Origin: Fimicolochytrium jonesii
Taxonomy: Eukaryota
Assembly: GCF_025526975.1 (NCBI RefSeq)
Contig: NW_026515698.1
Span: 248,001 to 312,000, forward strand
Length of the DNA: 64,000 nt
Direction: 5' to 3'
A program made the position numbers and the translations under genes. Shown one piece after another: positions 51,731 through 64,000 of this stretch. Within the stretch, counting starts at the first letter, position 1. The number at the start of each line of letters is the position of its first letter. The notes under the pieces were generated by a model. It ran no database searches, was not told where the DNA came from, and was given only the letters and a program-made list of their open reading frames with translations.

Positions 51731-53000
51731 CGCTGACCATGTCTGCAATTGCTTCGGGCAAGTGGCGATGGACAGACGGTGGGAACTCAAATCGCGGACG
51801 TGATTGCAATGGTGTCTGCACAGCGGTCGGCAGACGTATGGGCAACCGGGGGGTAACTGGAGTAACCTTCCTCCTCTTCCGCCGTGGTGTGGTTACTCCG
51901 GTGAAGATGCCACACCACAGGTGCCCCTGGAGCGCCTGGTGTGATGACATGTTGGCTGTGCTGTGCTGTGCTGGCAGGGAGGGTAGATTGATATGTATTA
52001 GGTAGTGTGAGGGATTGCCGCGGGGTAAGGGATTGCTGTTGTTACCTGGAGGTGGTTGGCGGGATGTGTACTGTTTGCAATTGCGGTGGAAGGAAGGGGG
52101 TTGGTAGGTTGGGAAGGAGAGAAGGGCCTACATCCTCCCCACTCTACAGCGTCTTTATACGTATATGAATCTCCATGTTCTTGTGCGATACAGAGTGTGG
52201 CTTGGTCCAGCGAAGAAAAAAGCCCAGCCAATGGGGGGAAGCTATACGCTTGCTTATGGGAATGGGGGAAAGCGGGGGTATGGCACTGACAGCACTGGAT
52301 CACGACAGCTCAGCGGAGTACATGTACAGTATGTTTGTACAGTACTATGTACATATACAGTATATGTACGTGACTGCGTTTGTCTCGCCGTGGCCAGAGG
52401 TGCGGTACCGAATACTTGGAATGTTATGGTGTCGGGCACTTTCTCATTCATTTGGTTGGCCACGGCTGGCCAGAGGTGCGGAGTGTGCCGGTGGAGGGTT
52501 TAGCCAGAGGTCTGGTCAGAAGTGCGCTCCAAAAGCGCACGTGAGAGATGTATCCTCACCCTCGGACTTACAGCCTTCACCCTCAGTTTTTAGCCTTCAG
52601 CACGCGTAATTGAACCCGGAAGGCTGTTATTTCACGCAAAGAAAAAGCTGTTATTTCACGCGGCAGGCGTGGACCCGGACTCTTTCTTCAAGGTCCTTTG
52701 AACGAGCAGAAAGGCCAGCGGGGCAGGCATTTCCGTTAGCAGGCATTAGCAGGCATTCAGGGACATTCCCTTGCAGCAGGCATTATTATCACCTGTACTC
52801 TACTCCAGACCGCTTCAAGTTATTTCAAGGTAGTGGGATGTGCTTTCTCGCCCCCCGATCCCTACCCACTCAGTCTCACTCTCACTCTCCCTCTCTCTCT
52901 CTTGCGCTCAGGTAACCTTGGGCATACCTCCATGCCGTGCACTCACACTTGGAAGGAACACTATAGGTGAGAATTAAAAGCCGCACACAATACCAAAACC

Positions 53001-53160
53001 GATCGCCCGAGGCAGCTCGGCATAGGAGCAGCCTCGCGATACTCTACCTTTTCGAATCACGATCGCCCGAGGCAGCTCGGCATAGGAGCAGCCTCACAAT
53101 ATGCTACCTTCTCGACTCGCGATAGCCCGAGGCAGCTCGGCATAGGAGCAGCCTCGCAAT
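53001..53160. repeat. Three-copy 60-bp tandem array with a conserved 35-bp hairpin-containing core
   Basis: GAT(C/A)GCCCGAGGCAGCTCGGCATAGGAGCAGCCTC at 53001, 53061 and 53121; CCGAG-gcag-CTCGG is an inverted repeat. Confidence 0.95.
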
Positions 53161-53532
53161 TTGTTTGCCATTCTATGTCACACACCCGCTCCATGCTCCC
53201 GCGACGAGTGGGAGCAGCTTCTCACCGATTTGACCAAGATGATTGACACAAGGGATCTCACTCGGGCTGCAGATGCTGGATTTGATGAGCGATGTTGGTG
53301 GTTTCCCCAGAGCCCCGTCGAGGCGGAGCCGTGTGAAACAGGAGGAATAAAGCGAAAAAAAAAAATGGTCGTGGCTCGAACTGTTTGAGAGTGGGTAAGG
53401 TTGCTTTCTGTTGCGATACATAGTACGTAGTTTTGCTGTTCAGTTAACACCCACGAAGCGCCAAGCGCAACAGTAGTTACCACGCCGCGCCTAGCGCGAC
53501 AGGGGTCATAATCTGAACAAACAAAGAAGTTG

Positions 53533-53604
53533 TCTGGGAGTGGGAATTGAACTCGCGACCTGCACGTCTGCAGGGAGAGCAAGATTCAACTGTGCCAAAG
53601 CGCC
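53533..53604 (-). ncRNA. tRNA-like Pol III element (pseudo-tRNA or SINE head)
   Basis: Minus strand: A-box-like TGGCACAGTTG, anticodon-loop-like CTGCAGA, B-box GTTCAATTC. The acceptor stem does not pair. Confidence 0.45.
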
Positions 53605-53796
53605 AGTGTTATCAGAATCCAATTACAGTACCAGAAGGGTGTACAGTAGGTGGCCAAAAGTCCGGGTACGATGGGTTCCCTAAGCCTGCTGCCTCAACGA
53701 CCAGCTGCCGTCCACGCACGTGATTAAGTCAGTGTCCATTGCGAGCTGCCATTGAATTGACAGCATCGACCACGGCATCAGCCACTTGAATAGAGA

Positions 53797-53875
53797 CCCT
53801 AACCCTAACCCTAACCCTACCCCTACCTTGTATTCTCAATTGAAATCAGAACTCTAACCCTAACCCTAACCCTAA
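53797..53875. repeat. Interstitial telomere-type (CCCTAA)n repeats, two short blocks
   Basis: ccctaaccctaaccctaaccctacccctacc ... ctctaaccctaaccctaaccctaa. Confidence 0.9.
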
Positions 53876-54168
53876 ATTGAATCAAGGAACTTTGTGTATA
53901 TTGGGAGAGTACCGTGCTGCACATGTAAACAATCGGCTGCTCAAACTGTAACATTCCCCACAATCTCCCACGATCCAAAAACACCAAAAAGGCGACCAAG
54001 ATGGAATCAAATGCAAACAGTAGTGTGTAAAAAGCCAAGAGAAAAACGAAAAGCGTGCGATTCTTATTCCCTTCAAAAAAGGGTGTCAAAGCAAACATGT
54101 ATAATGCCTCCCTCCCCCGTGTTACCCTCCTCCCCTCTCTAAACCCCCCTCCTCAAACGCCCCCGGGC

Positions 54169-54756
<588 letters not shown>

Positions 54757-55324
54757 TTAGAGCGGTGTGGTGTTGTTGGGTTGTGGTTTAGGGAGGGTAG
54801 CTGAGCGGCCAGTTGTTTATTTATATGTACACGAGGGGTGGGTTGGGGGGGTTAACGTTGCGCTTGGCATGAATTTGAAACGGGCGGTTCGCAGATAAGA
54901 ACTCCTAACCACCGGATCGCTCTCTCTCGCTCTCTCGCTCTCTCGTCGTGAAATTCCAAGTAAGTGACGTGGCAAGGAAGACGTGCTACGATGACAAACA
55001 CCCAATGACTCATCAGCCTCACTCTGAGGATTTACAATGCACTTGAGCTGCATGTGATGTCTGCCAGATTTTAAATGGTACCGTAGTAGACAGCGTAGTA
55101 GAGCTCTGATTGCCGCGGATACTTTTGACATTTGGGTTGTCATCACGCGCTTGCTGTCCATCCCCCGCTGCTTGCAGCTTCTCAAAGCCTCAAAGAGAGT
55201 GAGAAACGCAGCCGCCGCCAGACTGAAGCAAACGAGGAATAACCGCCGCGGGCTCTTCCAAAGAGCCTTTCTCATCATCCACGCACCAAGGTCCTCCAAC
55301 ACTGCCGCCCGCCCCACCACCACG

Positions 55325-55830
55325 ATGGCCACCACGGAAGAAGTCCAAAGCTGGCTCCAAGTAATGGCCCTCAACGACTCCTACTACGGCGCAACCATCG
55401 CAGACAAGCTGAAAGTTGTGAAAGCGCGCCCAGGCGCAGTGGTCTTTGAGCTCCTCGTCGACGGGCCTATGCTCAATTTCGCAGGGTCTATACATGGCGG
55501 GCTTTTGGCGACTGTAAGAAAAAGAGGCAAGATACGCTCGGTTATCTCAGCCTTGTCCATGCTCATCCATCCCCATTCATTATATTACAGTTAGTGGATG
55601 AATGCACGACCTTTGCAATAATGTCCGCGGGCCACAAGCCAGGTCTCAGCGTCGATATCACAGTGCAGTACCTGTCCACCGCAAAGGAAGGCGAGACGAT
55701 ATCGGTTGCGGCGACGTTGGATAAGGCGGGGCATAATATGGCGTTTGCCCGCTGTGTTGTGGGGTTGAAGGGGTCTGACAAGATTATTGCAACTGGATCG
55801 CATACGAAGTTTTTAAATGTGAAATTGTGA
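55325..55830 (+). CDS. PaaI/THEM2 (ACOT13-like) hotdog-fold acyl-CoA thioesterase
   Basis: MLNFAGSIHGGLLAT|LVD, GLSVDITVQYLS, IATGSHTKF; one intron. Confidence 0.9.
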
Positions 55831-56479
55831 TGCGGGGGTGGGTGATGAGTCGGAAATGGACAGGCGACAACACGATTGCAAGCCACAACGAATGCGCGGG
55901 ATAGCGGGTCTACTGGAATACCGCCGCTGCGGGCGACAGTAACGGCTAGGGAGTGAGCCAGGCGGGGCTTAAGCGAGCAGCGACTTGCGAATGGAGGCAG
56001 ATGGATGATGCCAGCCGCAATTCAAAGTTCGCCAGATCGATCTGTCCCGTTACTCGGCAATTTCGCATGTCTGGCATCATTTGCATCATGGATAGCAATC
56101 GATTCATGGGCCATGGGCCTATGGATTTCACCGCATGTCCGTAAGGACTGCACATAGGTACAGCGCTCGGATTATGGAGAAGCTCGTATCTAAGAGAACA
56201 GTCAGCATAGATAGAGCTTCCTCACAGGAATGCAGTAGAGACCGGCTGTCTTCGGATTTACTGTATACAGGGTATAGTGTAGAAACGAACAACGTCCCTT
56301 ATACAGTCCCTTATACAGTCCCTCATACACCAGTCGTTGGGAATCAAAACCTGGTCTGAATTGTGAGTTGTGAATTGTGATTGTAAAATATAGGCCGCTC
56401 CTACGTAGTACAGGCTACTACACCGCTACTGCCTACATACAATATGATGCGACGCGATCCTAGTGGTACTCCATCTTCA

Positions 56480-58230
56480 TGTCCTCCTCCGTCTTCATGT
56501 CCTCCTCCATCTTCATCCCCGTCTTCACCTCCAGCTTCATCTTCCGGCCCTTCCTTTCCTTATCCGCCAACAACTTCTTACCCTCCTCTCCAACTCCACC
56601 TCCTTATCCTCCATCTCTATATGATGACCATTCCCTTTGCACATGGGGGGGGGGGGGGCCAGCGAATGCTAACCATCTCCTCAGCAAGCTTTCCGTCCAA
56701 CTCCCGGTTGTGAAAGTTCTTGAGAACCTTCCAACCCGAGCTCAAACACCTTCTGATAAGTAAACTGCAAGAACGCATACCGGGTGTCGGCAGGGTCCGT
56801 CGCCCACCATCTCCACAAAGTGCTCAAGAGCCTGACTGCGAATGAGCAAAATATCTCCAGGTCGATAAGGCAGCATGATGCCAAGATCGGGAAGGCACAA
56901 TCTTCCACCTTTGGAAAAAGTCCCAAAGCAGCTCATGGTGGCCCAGCTGTAAGGAATGTCGCGTTTGTCATGATGCGGTGCAGTTTGGTGGTTGGCTGCT
57001 AGAACATTCATGGCATTGACTTGGGGGCCCCTCGTACCAGCCCAGAAGTGCTTCAAATCTGGCCGAAGGTGGGTCATCGATTGAGTGAGACGGTAATGGC
57101 CAATGGGGTCAATAAGGCGAAGAGCCTCACTGAGGAGCCAGTTGATGCATTCCACACCGGGATCGCAGATGAAGTGATAGGTGTCGCACTGGGCAGGGCC
57201 CGAGTGCATGTGCGTGCAGTCATAACGTCCCCATACATAGTCTGCCACACACAGATGTGCATGGTGGCTTTTTGGCTGGTGACATCGATGGCATCCGTTG
57301 GCTGGTGGCAAGGTCAAACATCCTTTGACAGCTTCCCAAAATCCTCCTTCTGTTCCTTCTAATTCTTCACCACCTTTTTTGCCACCTTCACAAAACCCAG
57401 CTGCCACCCCTGCCCAATGATTCCAGGGAGGAACATGAACAACGCCTTCCCGTCCTTGTCCACTCCAATTGACGGCACCCTCCCACTTTTGATATCGTCC
57501 ACATCCTCAATGCTCAAGTTGGTGCAGTCAGCATTCTTCGGTTTCGCAGCCAGCTCACTCAATGATAAGTGGTCAAAGATCCAAACATTGTTCTCAATGG
57601 CACGCACTACCTCATTGCAGAGGTATTCACGCATGCTATGGGAAAAGAGAACACTGGCTTCCATCTCTGGGAGAGCGGGGCCCCAAAGGATCTTCCTGTG
57701 CTTCGAAGTCTTTTGTTTTTCCTTCACATTTCCCCTATGCCGGTTCCCTCCACCGCCTTCGTAGTCGCTGTCGTTGTCATCGTCGTCATTGCCGTCTTCA
57801 TAATCGTACTCAAAGTCGCCTTCTTCAAGATCAAGGTCGAGGTGGACTTCTACCTCCTTCATACTCTGAACTCGGTCGCGACGCGGGCGAAGGCGGTTAC
57901 GGATACGGTCTTCGCCGACGTATTCGGTGTTGGAGGTGGAGATGGACATGCTGATGCACCCACCGACGCTGAAGTGCGAGCCGCCGCTGCCATTCTCGCC
58001 GCCGCCGTTGTCGTTTGCACCATTCTCCCCGCCGCCATTGCCACTCTCGCCACCGTCGCCATTCTCCCCACCATTCTCGCCACTCTCGCCGACGTCGCCG
58101 TTGGCGCTCTCGCCATTTTCCCTGCCACTCTCGCCGCCCGTTACCGTTACCACTCTCGCCGCCACTCTCGCCCACGTCGCCGTTGCCCACTTTTTCGGCT
58201 ATCTCTTTCAATTCCCAAGGCCTAACTCCC
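56480..58230 (-). pseudogene. TET/JBP-like 2OG-Fe(II) dioxygenase pseudogene
   Basis: TAPHHDKRD (HxD), FGTFSKGGRLCLPDLG, PGDILLIRSQALEHFVE (distal His), TRYAFLQFT (2OG-binding Arg strand). In-frame TAG/TGA near 57359 and 57317, plus frameshifts. Confidence 0.7.
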
Positions 58231-59236
58231 TCTCCCATTCGAGCCCGTGGGTTTGAACTACGGTTCGTTCAGTTCATATGCAAGGATTTTGGCCGATGCG
58301 GACAACCGGAGGAACTTGAAGTGTGTGTTTCATGCAGGGGCAGAGCGAAGAAGCAGGAACCTCGAATCTCGAACTGATCTTAGTCTGCTTTGTAGATCTA
58401 GCCGTTCAAAGCCGCGCACGTTTGAAGTGAAGGCGAAGGTGTTACGGCCGCAGTTAGGCTACAGGCAATGGGTGTGAACGAGGAGATGATAATGATTTTG
58501 GAGATCGGGGCCGATTGAGGCAAGAGGGTACGGCAGAGGTTGGGTTGATGGAGAACTGGAGAAATTTTGCGGGATACGAGCGGACGCTCTATGTATATAC
58601 GAATTCCGAGAAATACATAGAGCCCTCAATCTGTTGCAGTGTTTTCTCGCCCGTGCTGGACCACTGAAATGGCAAGCGCGGCAAAGCAAATGCCTCGGTG
58701 GCCATCGACGCGTCCGACACGCGTTAGGTCATGGAAATTGCCCATTGAAGAAATGCCTTTTGATGCGATCAGTATACATTTCCGAGAAGAATGTTCGTGG
58801 ACGTGGGAAGCAAATGAATTGTTACTGATGAGCTAGGTGTTAAGACCCACGTTTTTCAACCACCTCGAGCGTCTTCTCGATGCATTTGATATCATAGCGG
58901 CATCATGCGTGTGGGGCAGAACCTGTGCCTCGCCCTCAATCCGGCGGGCAATCAACTTACCAGTTTCGCTTGCGCTGGAAAGGATGCGGGACCTAGTATG
59001 CATTTACTGTGCGTTCTGTGGAATCCCAAATCAAGAAAAATGTCCTAATTGTAATCAAACTGATGTAACGTTGCCGACTAGCTAGACGAGAGGGGGGAAA
59101 GGGTTTATCTCGTAGAGTTTCCACACGGTGGTTATCATTGTGAGTGGTGGGTCTAGATTACTCCGATTAACAGGAAAATCACTACCACATGTAACCTGAA
59201 TTCAAATTGCTTAAATACTCCCATGAGTTGCGGTGC

Positions 59237-60360
59237 TCAAGTGCTCACCACAGCCGACTTTCTAGCAACGTTGAGCTTGAGCATCAGCTGATTGCACAGG
59301 GCTTCAACGGTGTCAATGGAGCTGACGAGGGTGGCAAGACGAGGGGCGGTGGCTTCCACGATGACAGTGTCGAGGATCTCGACTTGTTTGCCTTCATAAG
59401 TCGCAAGCTTCGCGCTCTTGAACTTGCCCAATATTTTGCTCTGGAACTGAAGTGGGATGGCCGATTGAGGGTAGTGGAGCGCGTGAACCGAAACGACAAC
59501 GTTGGACTGTATCACGTGCAGGTCTATGACAAGGTCGTCGGGGAGGTCTGGTGCGAATGCCTTAGCATCTCCCTTCTTGGCCGGAAAAATGTCGGCATCA
59601 TCCACACGGCACAGCTCCGCTTTTGCACTCTTCATATTCTCCCTCACACGCCTCAGTGGAGAACGCAGCAGTTTGTCGCGCCTCCCATGCCCGGCATCTG
59701 CAAGCTGCAGGATGATGTCGAGCGAGGCGAGGAGATGGTTGCGCGCTGAGGAGATTTGCCTGAGGAGGATGGGCCGTGCGCTGTTGATAGTGACCCTGAC
59801 GGCGTCGCCGTGGTTGTGGTGTGGGAGTTTCAGGGTGAGGTCGCCTTTCGTAATAAAGGCTCCATCAAGCGTGAGCAACCCTTTCACGAGGTCAGTGCTG
59901 CAATCAAAATTAGGGCATAGGTGAGTAGATCAGGTAGCAGGCTGTTTGCTAATTGCCATCTCTTCATGCACACCTCGCCGCTGTTATCGCTAACGTCGCT
60001 GGGGGGTTCACAGGCTGGGACGGTGGTGTTGGCTCTTGCGACCCAAGACTACAGCTCAGGCCGGTCTGATACCGATGGGACAACAAAACGCAGACATGAG
60101 AACTGCGTTCCGAGCAACTGAAACACGCCATATGGAGATACCTACGTTGATGATGGCCACCATCTCCGTGATGAGGGGTGGCACTTGGGTCTCCATGAAC
60201 CACTTCAGCTCTGGCCCCTGAGAGCGGCGAACGTATGTGGAAGTGAGAGTTATTGAGAACAATCGACGGAGTCATTGCCCGGTCGCCTCGAACAGAAGTC
60301 CTAGTCTGCGTACGCCCCGCAGTCACTGTCCTCCCCTGCCTATCCCCTCCCACTCGCATG
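59237..60360 (-). CDS. RAVE complex subunit Rav2/Rogdi-like; start approximate
   Basis: ELKWFMETQVP, VKGLLTLDGAFITKGDLTLKL, LRQISSARNHL, FAPDLPDDLVIDLHV. Confidence 0.75.
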
Positions 60361-61157
60361 GCAGACACCGCGTCCCATCTTCACCATGCGCCACCGAACT
60401 ACCACCCACACGTCGCACAAAGCAGCCTACTCACCACCAGGTCCTTTTCGCTCATGACAACGCGCCCTGGAGAACCGCTACTAGGTATGGGATTTGCACT
60501 CATCATGGTCAAGGCGGAAGACCGTCCAGCGATGAGGTTGAATGGTCCGTCCCGTGATCATCCACGCGCGCGCGGGAGACGCATCGTCCAACTGAGTGTC
60601 TTCAGGTGCTTGATGCGAACAGAGTGCGCGCCGAGCTGGCGCAGGGGGTGCGAAATGCCAAACGGCTGAAATCCCTACGTAGAGGGCGTTCGGGGACGGC
60701 GAGTCGGTCGCTGGTCGACAGGGCAATACCGTCGGGTAACTTCATGAGTGCATGCCGTGATAATGAAGCCCCTATTCTTTCGGAAGCGATCGTGAGCGTG
60801 TGTCTGCGACTCTGCGTGTGCCCCTGCATCTCCCAGGTAGTCTGAAGAAGGTGCGCACATAAGGAGCATAAGGAGCGCCGCCGCGTGAATTCTGAGCTCG
60901 AAATTCCCACCATTGCCGAGACATTTCATCCCTAATCAACTTCCGGCTTCTCCGGCCCGACAGACATATCCTTGAACATCCCTGCGTGAAGGCCTGCGTG
61001 GTCCCTTGTCCCCTGAGTCTTATACTTTTTGGCGCTAAAACCCACAGCAGGGACCCTCAACCACGCCAGCCAGCGTCCCTCAAACGTTTGACTATCGCTC
61101 AATACACCATCTTAGACTATTCAGACCATCTTCGTGCTTAGCACGGCGCCTTAAACA

Positions 61158-63684
61158 ATGGACGTCATAAAAGCGGTTCAGGTAGATGCTGGTTTGCGCA
61201 AACTGACGAGCATATGTCTATGCGCTACGACAGGGCTGACAAAATGCTCGCGGTGTAGAATTATCTGAACAGGATGATAACCGAGGTGACGGGGATGAAG
61301 GTGTTGCTGATGGACGCGGAAACGGTGGGCAGCTATATACGTTCGGCCATCCAGCACGGACTATGGACATTTTCTGAGACACGCATTTTTGTTCTGACGC
61401 GATAGACGGCCATCATCTCAATGGTGATGACACAAACGCAACTATTACAACGAGAAGTCTACCTGATAGACCGCATAGACAACCGTCAACGGGAGAAGAT
61501 GAAGCATTTGAAGTGCATAGCCTTTGTGCGGTCGACGGGCGAGTCGGTACAGGCGTTGGTGGAGGAGCTCCGGGATCCGCGCTATGGAGATTACTACTTA
61601 TGTGCGTATACGGAGATGGCGTGGAGTCGGAGAGCGGTGAAGCGGACGTGGGCCGGTTTGAGTTCCTTTGGAGGCTGATATCGGCATTCCATAGATTTCA
61701 GCAATACGCTGCGGAAATCCGACATAGAACGCTTGGCGGAAGTGGACGAGCACGAGGTCGTTCGTGAGGTTCAGGTATACCAGCCGACATACATTCCTGA
61801 GCTGTTCGATCAGCGAAGAAGGGATTCAATAACTTTCGGATCGTTCTTTAGGAGTACTTTGCGGACTTCCTGTCCATCAACGCAGACCTTTTCCACCTCA
61901 ACCTGCAAGCGCCAATGAACCCGATGTTCACGGAGAACCTATCGACTTGGGATACAAAAACCTTTCAACGGACAACAGAAGGGATTCTCGCAATGCTGTT
62001 AGCATTGAAGAAGAAGCCGCTGATTAGATATGAAAAGAGCTCTTCTCATGCGAAGAAACTGGCTGGGGAGCTTGCGGTATGCAAAGTGCTTGGACCCACT
62101 GTTTTACCCAGGTCGGACATTTATGCTCACTTCTCGTGGCTTTGCAGTACCAAATGCAACAAGAGGGTCCACTCTTTGATTTTAGGAGACCAGACACAGC
62201 ACCGATACTTCTCATCATGGATCGTCGCAACGACCCTGTCACGCCATTACTGTTGCAGTGGACATATCAGGCGATGGTGCACGAGCTGATTGGTATCACG
62301 AACGGACGGGTGGACCTGTCATCGGTACCAGATATCAGACCGGAAATGAAGGTATACCGCTCAACTGTTTCACATCATTTTCCGCGAGAACAAGCTGATT
62401 CACGGTAGCCCGCGGCCGATCAATTTAGGAAGTCGTCCTCAACCCGGATCAGGACAGCTTCTACCGCAAGAACATGTACCTCAACATGGGCGATTTAGGC
62501 GGCAACATCAAATCATACGTCGACGAATATCAAACGAAGCACAAATCATCCGCCCAGGTTAACTCCATCACCGACATGAAGAAGTTTGTAGAGGATTACC
62601 CAGAGTTCCGAAAACTCTCGGGAAACGTCACGAAACATGTCACGCTTGTCGGGGAGTTGAGTCGGCAGGTCGGGAGGGGTCACTTGATGGAAGTCGGAGA
62701 GCTGGAGCAGAGTTTGGCTGTGAATGACAACCATACGCAGGACTTGAAGGTGGGAAACTGATTGATGGGAATGACGAGATTCCCGCGTGCACTCAGACTC
62801 AGACTCCGTTTCGACACCCACCAGCAACTCAAAGCCCTCGTCGAGCGGACAGACATCCCGGATGACGCTCGGGTGCGTCTCGTCCTGCTTTACGCGCTAC
62901 GCTACGAAAAGTCCCAGGCGAACGCCACACCGCAACTTCTCGACATTCTGGCACGTAGCGGAGTCAGTGACAAGAAGATCGCGGTAAGCCACTGATGTGT
63001 TCACATAAACGCATGCAATCACTCTCACGCACGTCCTCCTTGTAATCCCTCCCTCTAGCTCGTCGGCCACATGATACAATATGCCGGCTCAGACCATCGT
63101 CTCGAAGACCTCTTCTCCAACCAAAACGTTTTTTCACGGACCAAAAACGTCTTCAAAGGCTTGCAGGGCGTCGAGAACGTCTACACGCAGCACTCACCGC
63201 ATATGGTCGAGGTGTTGCAGGAGTGTATCAAGGGGAAACTGAAGGATCAGCTGTATCCGTTTGTGGAGGGGGTGTCCCGGGATAAGTAAGCGCGCATGTT
63301 CGTTGGCTGTGGAAGAGGCATCCTGGTGTTGACGGGTGTGACACTCTTGTTCAAAAGACCGCAGGACATCATCGTGTTCATGATTGGCGGCACGACGTAT
63401 TCGGAAGCATACGAAGTCAACAAGCTGAACGCTGCAAACCCTGGCGTGCGGATCGTGCTGGGCGGTACCACCGTGCATAGTTCTGGCAGGTGCGTTTTTC
63501 CCTCCATCCGCATTTCCCCTCTCATGCGCCACGCGTCACACTCATCCACTATCTTCAAAATCCCCATCTTTACAGTTTTCTCCGCGAAGTAGCCGACTCC
63601 GTCACGCGCTGGAGCGGATCCGGTAAGAGTCACGCGCCGGCGTCGTCGCCACCGCAGGACCGGCTGCGCAGTGCCCGGATATGA
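61158..63684 (+). CDS. VPS45: Sec1/Munc18 family protein Vps45, multi-exon
   Basis: MKVLLMDAET, REKMKHLKCIAFVR, DRRNDPVTPLLLQWTYQAMVHEL, YPEFRKLSGNVTKHV, GVENVYTQH. Confidence 0.96.
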
Positions 63685-64000
63685 GGTTAGACAGAGAGAG
63701 AGAGAGGAGACCCCTGTACCCCGCAGCCACAACCGTTTTGGTGTTCCTTTTTTTGGGGGGGATTTTGGGTTGGTTCGGCTGCGGGAGGTTGGGGGTTGTC
63801 AGTCTGAGGTTAGGATCAGCCTTGTTTCTGTTGTTCGTTCTAAGCGCTTTGCCGGGCCTGGTGGCGACGATGACCATGGGAAGGGTCTCTGGCTCAAAAA
63901 GGCGAATTGGAGAACGCAAAAGTGGGCGGGCGAGGACGGGCGGTGAAAGAGCCGCAGAACGCGCTTCGGGGTCAGGCCACTGTGCCGCTCACTCCCATTT

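Noticed and set aside
51731..52600. Missing Fanzor N-terminus or an associated transposase beyond the LTR
   Set aside because: No Fanzor-like or DDE/HUH motifs were recognisable in any frame.
53001..53160. CRISPR array
   Set aside because: The context is eukaryotic, there are only three units, the 'spacers' are related to each other and there are no cas genes. The minus-strand translation looks ankyrin-like (RAASG..IVRLLL) but has a 20-aa period and stops.

Overview
This is a gene-dense eukaryotic window with many short GT-AG introns carrying CTRAC-type branch points. Gene content and style suggest a fungus, probably a chytrid; that is an inference. Housekeeping genes (ECI-like, TPR protein, adenylate kinase, IMP4, VPS60, UBA3, FMC1, ChrA, HID1, AN1 zinc fingers, PaaI thioesterase, Rogdi/RAV2, VPS45) are interrupted by several accessory islands. 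The main one, at about 44.8-54 kb, holds a spliced Fanzor1-type gene (eukaryotic TnpB-like RNA-guided RuvC nuclease) on the minus strand. It has five in-phase introns, the D/E/D triad, a zinc finger and one TGA stop that is probably a decayed CGA. Its 5' end is cut off by a 5'-truncated chromoviral Ty3/Gypsy element that keeps its -1 frameshift signal and its 3' LTR. Beyond the LTR lie a 60-bp hairpin repeat array, a tRNA-like Pol III element and interstitial telomere repeats. Other notable items are two decayed TET/JBP-like dioxygenase copies, an intronless bacterial-looking SDR, a secreted protein with two 8-Cys domains, a secreted RNase T1-family enzyme, a P-loop-less adenylate kinase paralog and a ubiquitin-AN1 fusion. 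All calls come from motif recognition by eye. No searches were run, and some gene ends are approximate.
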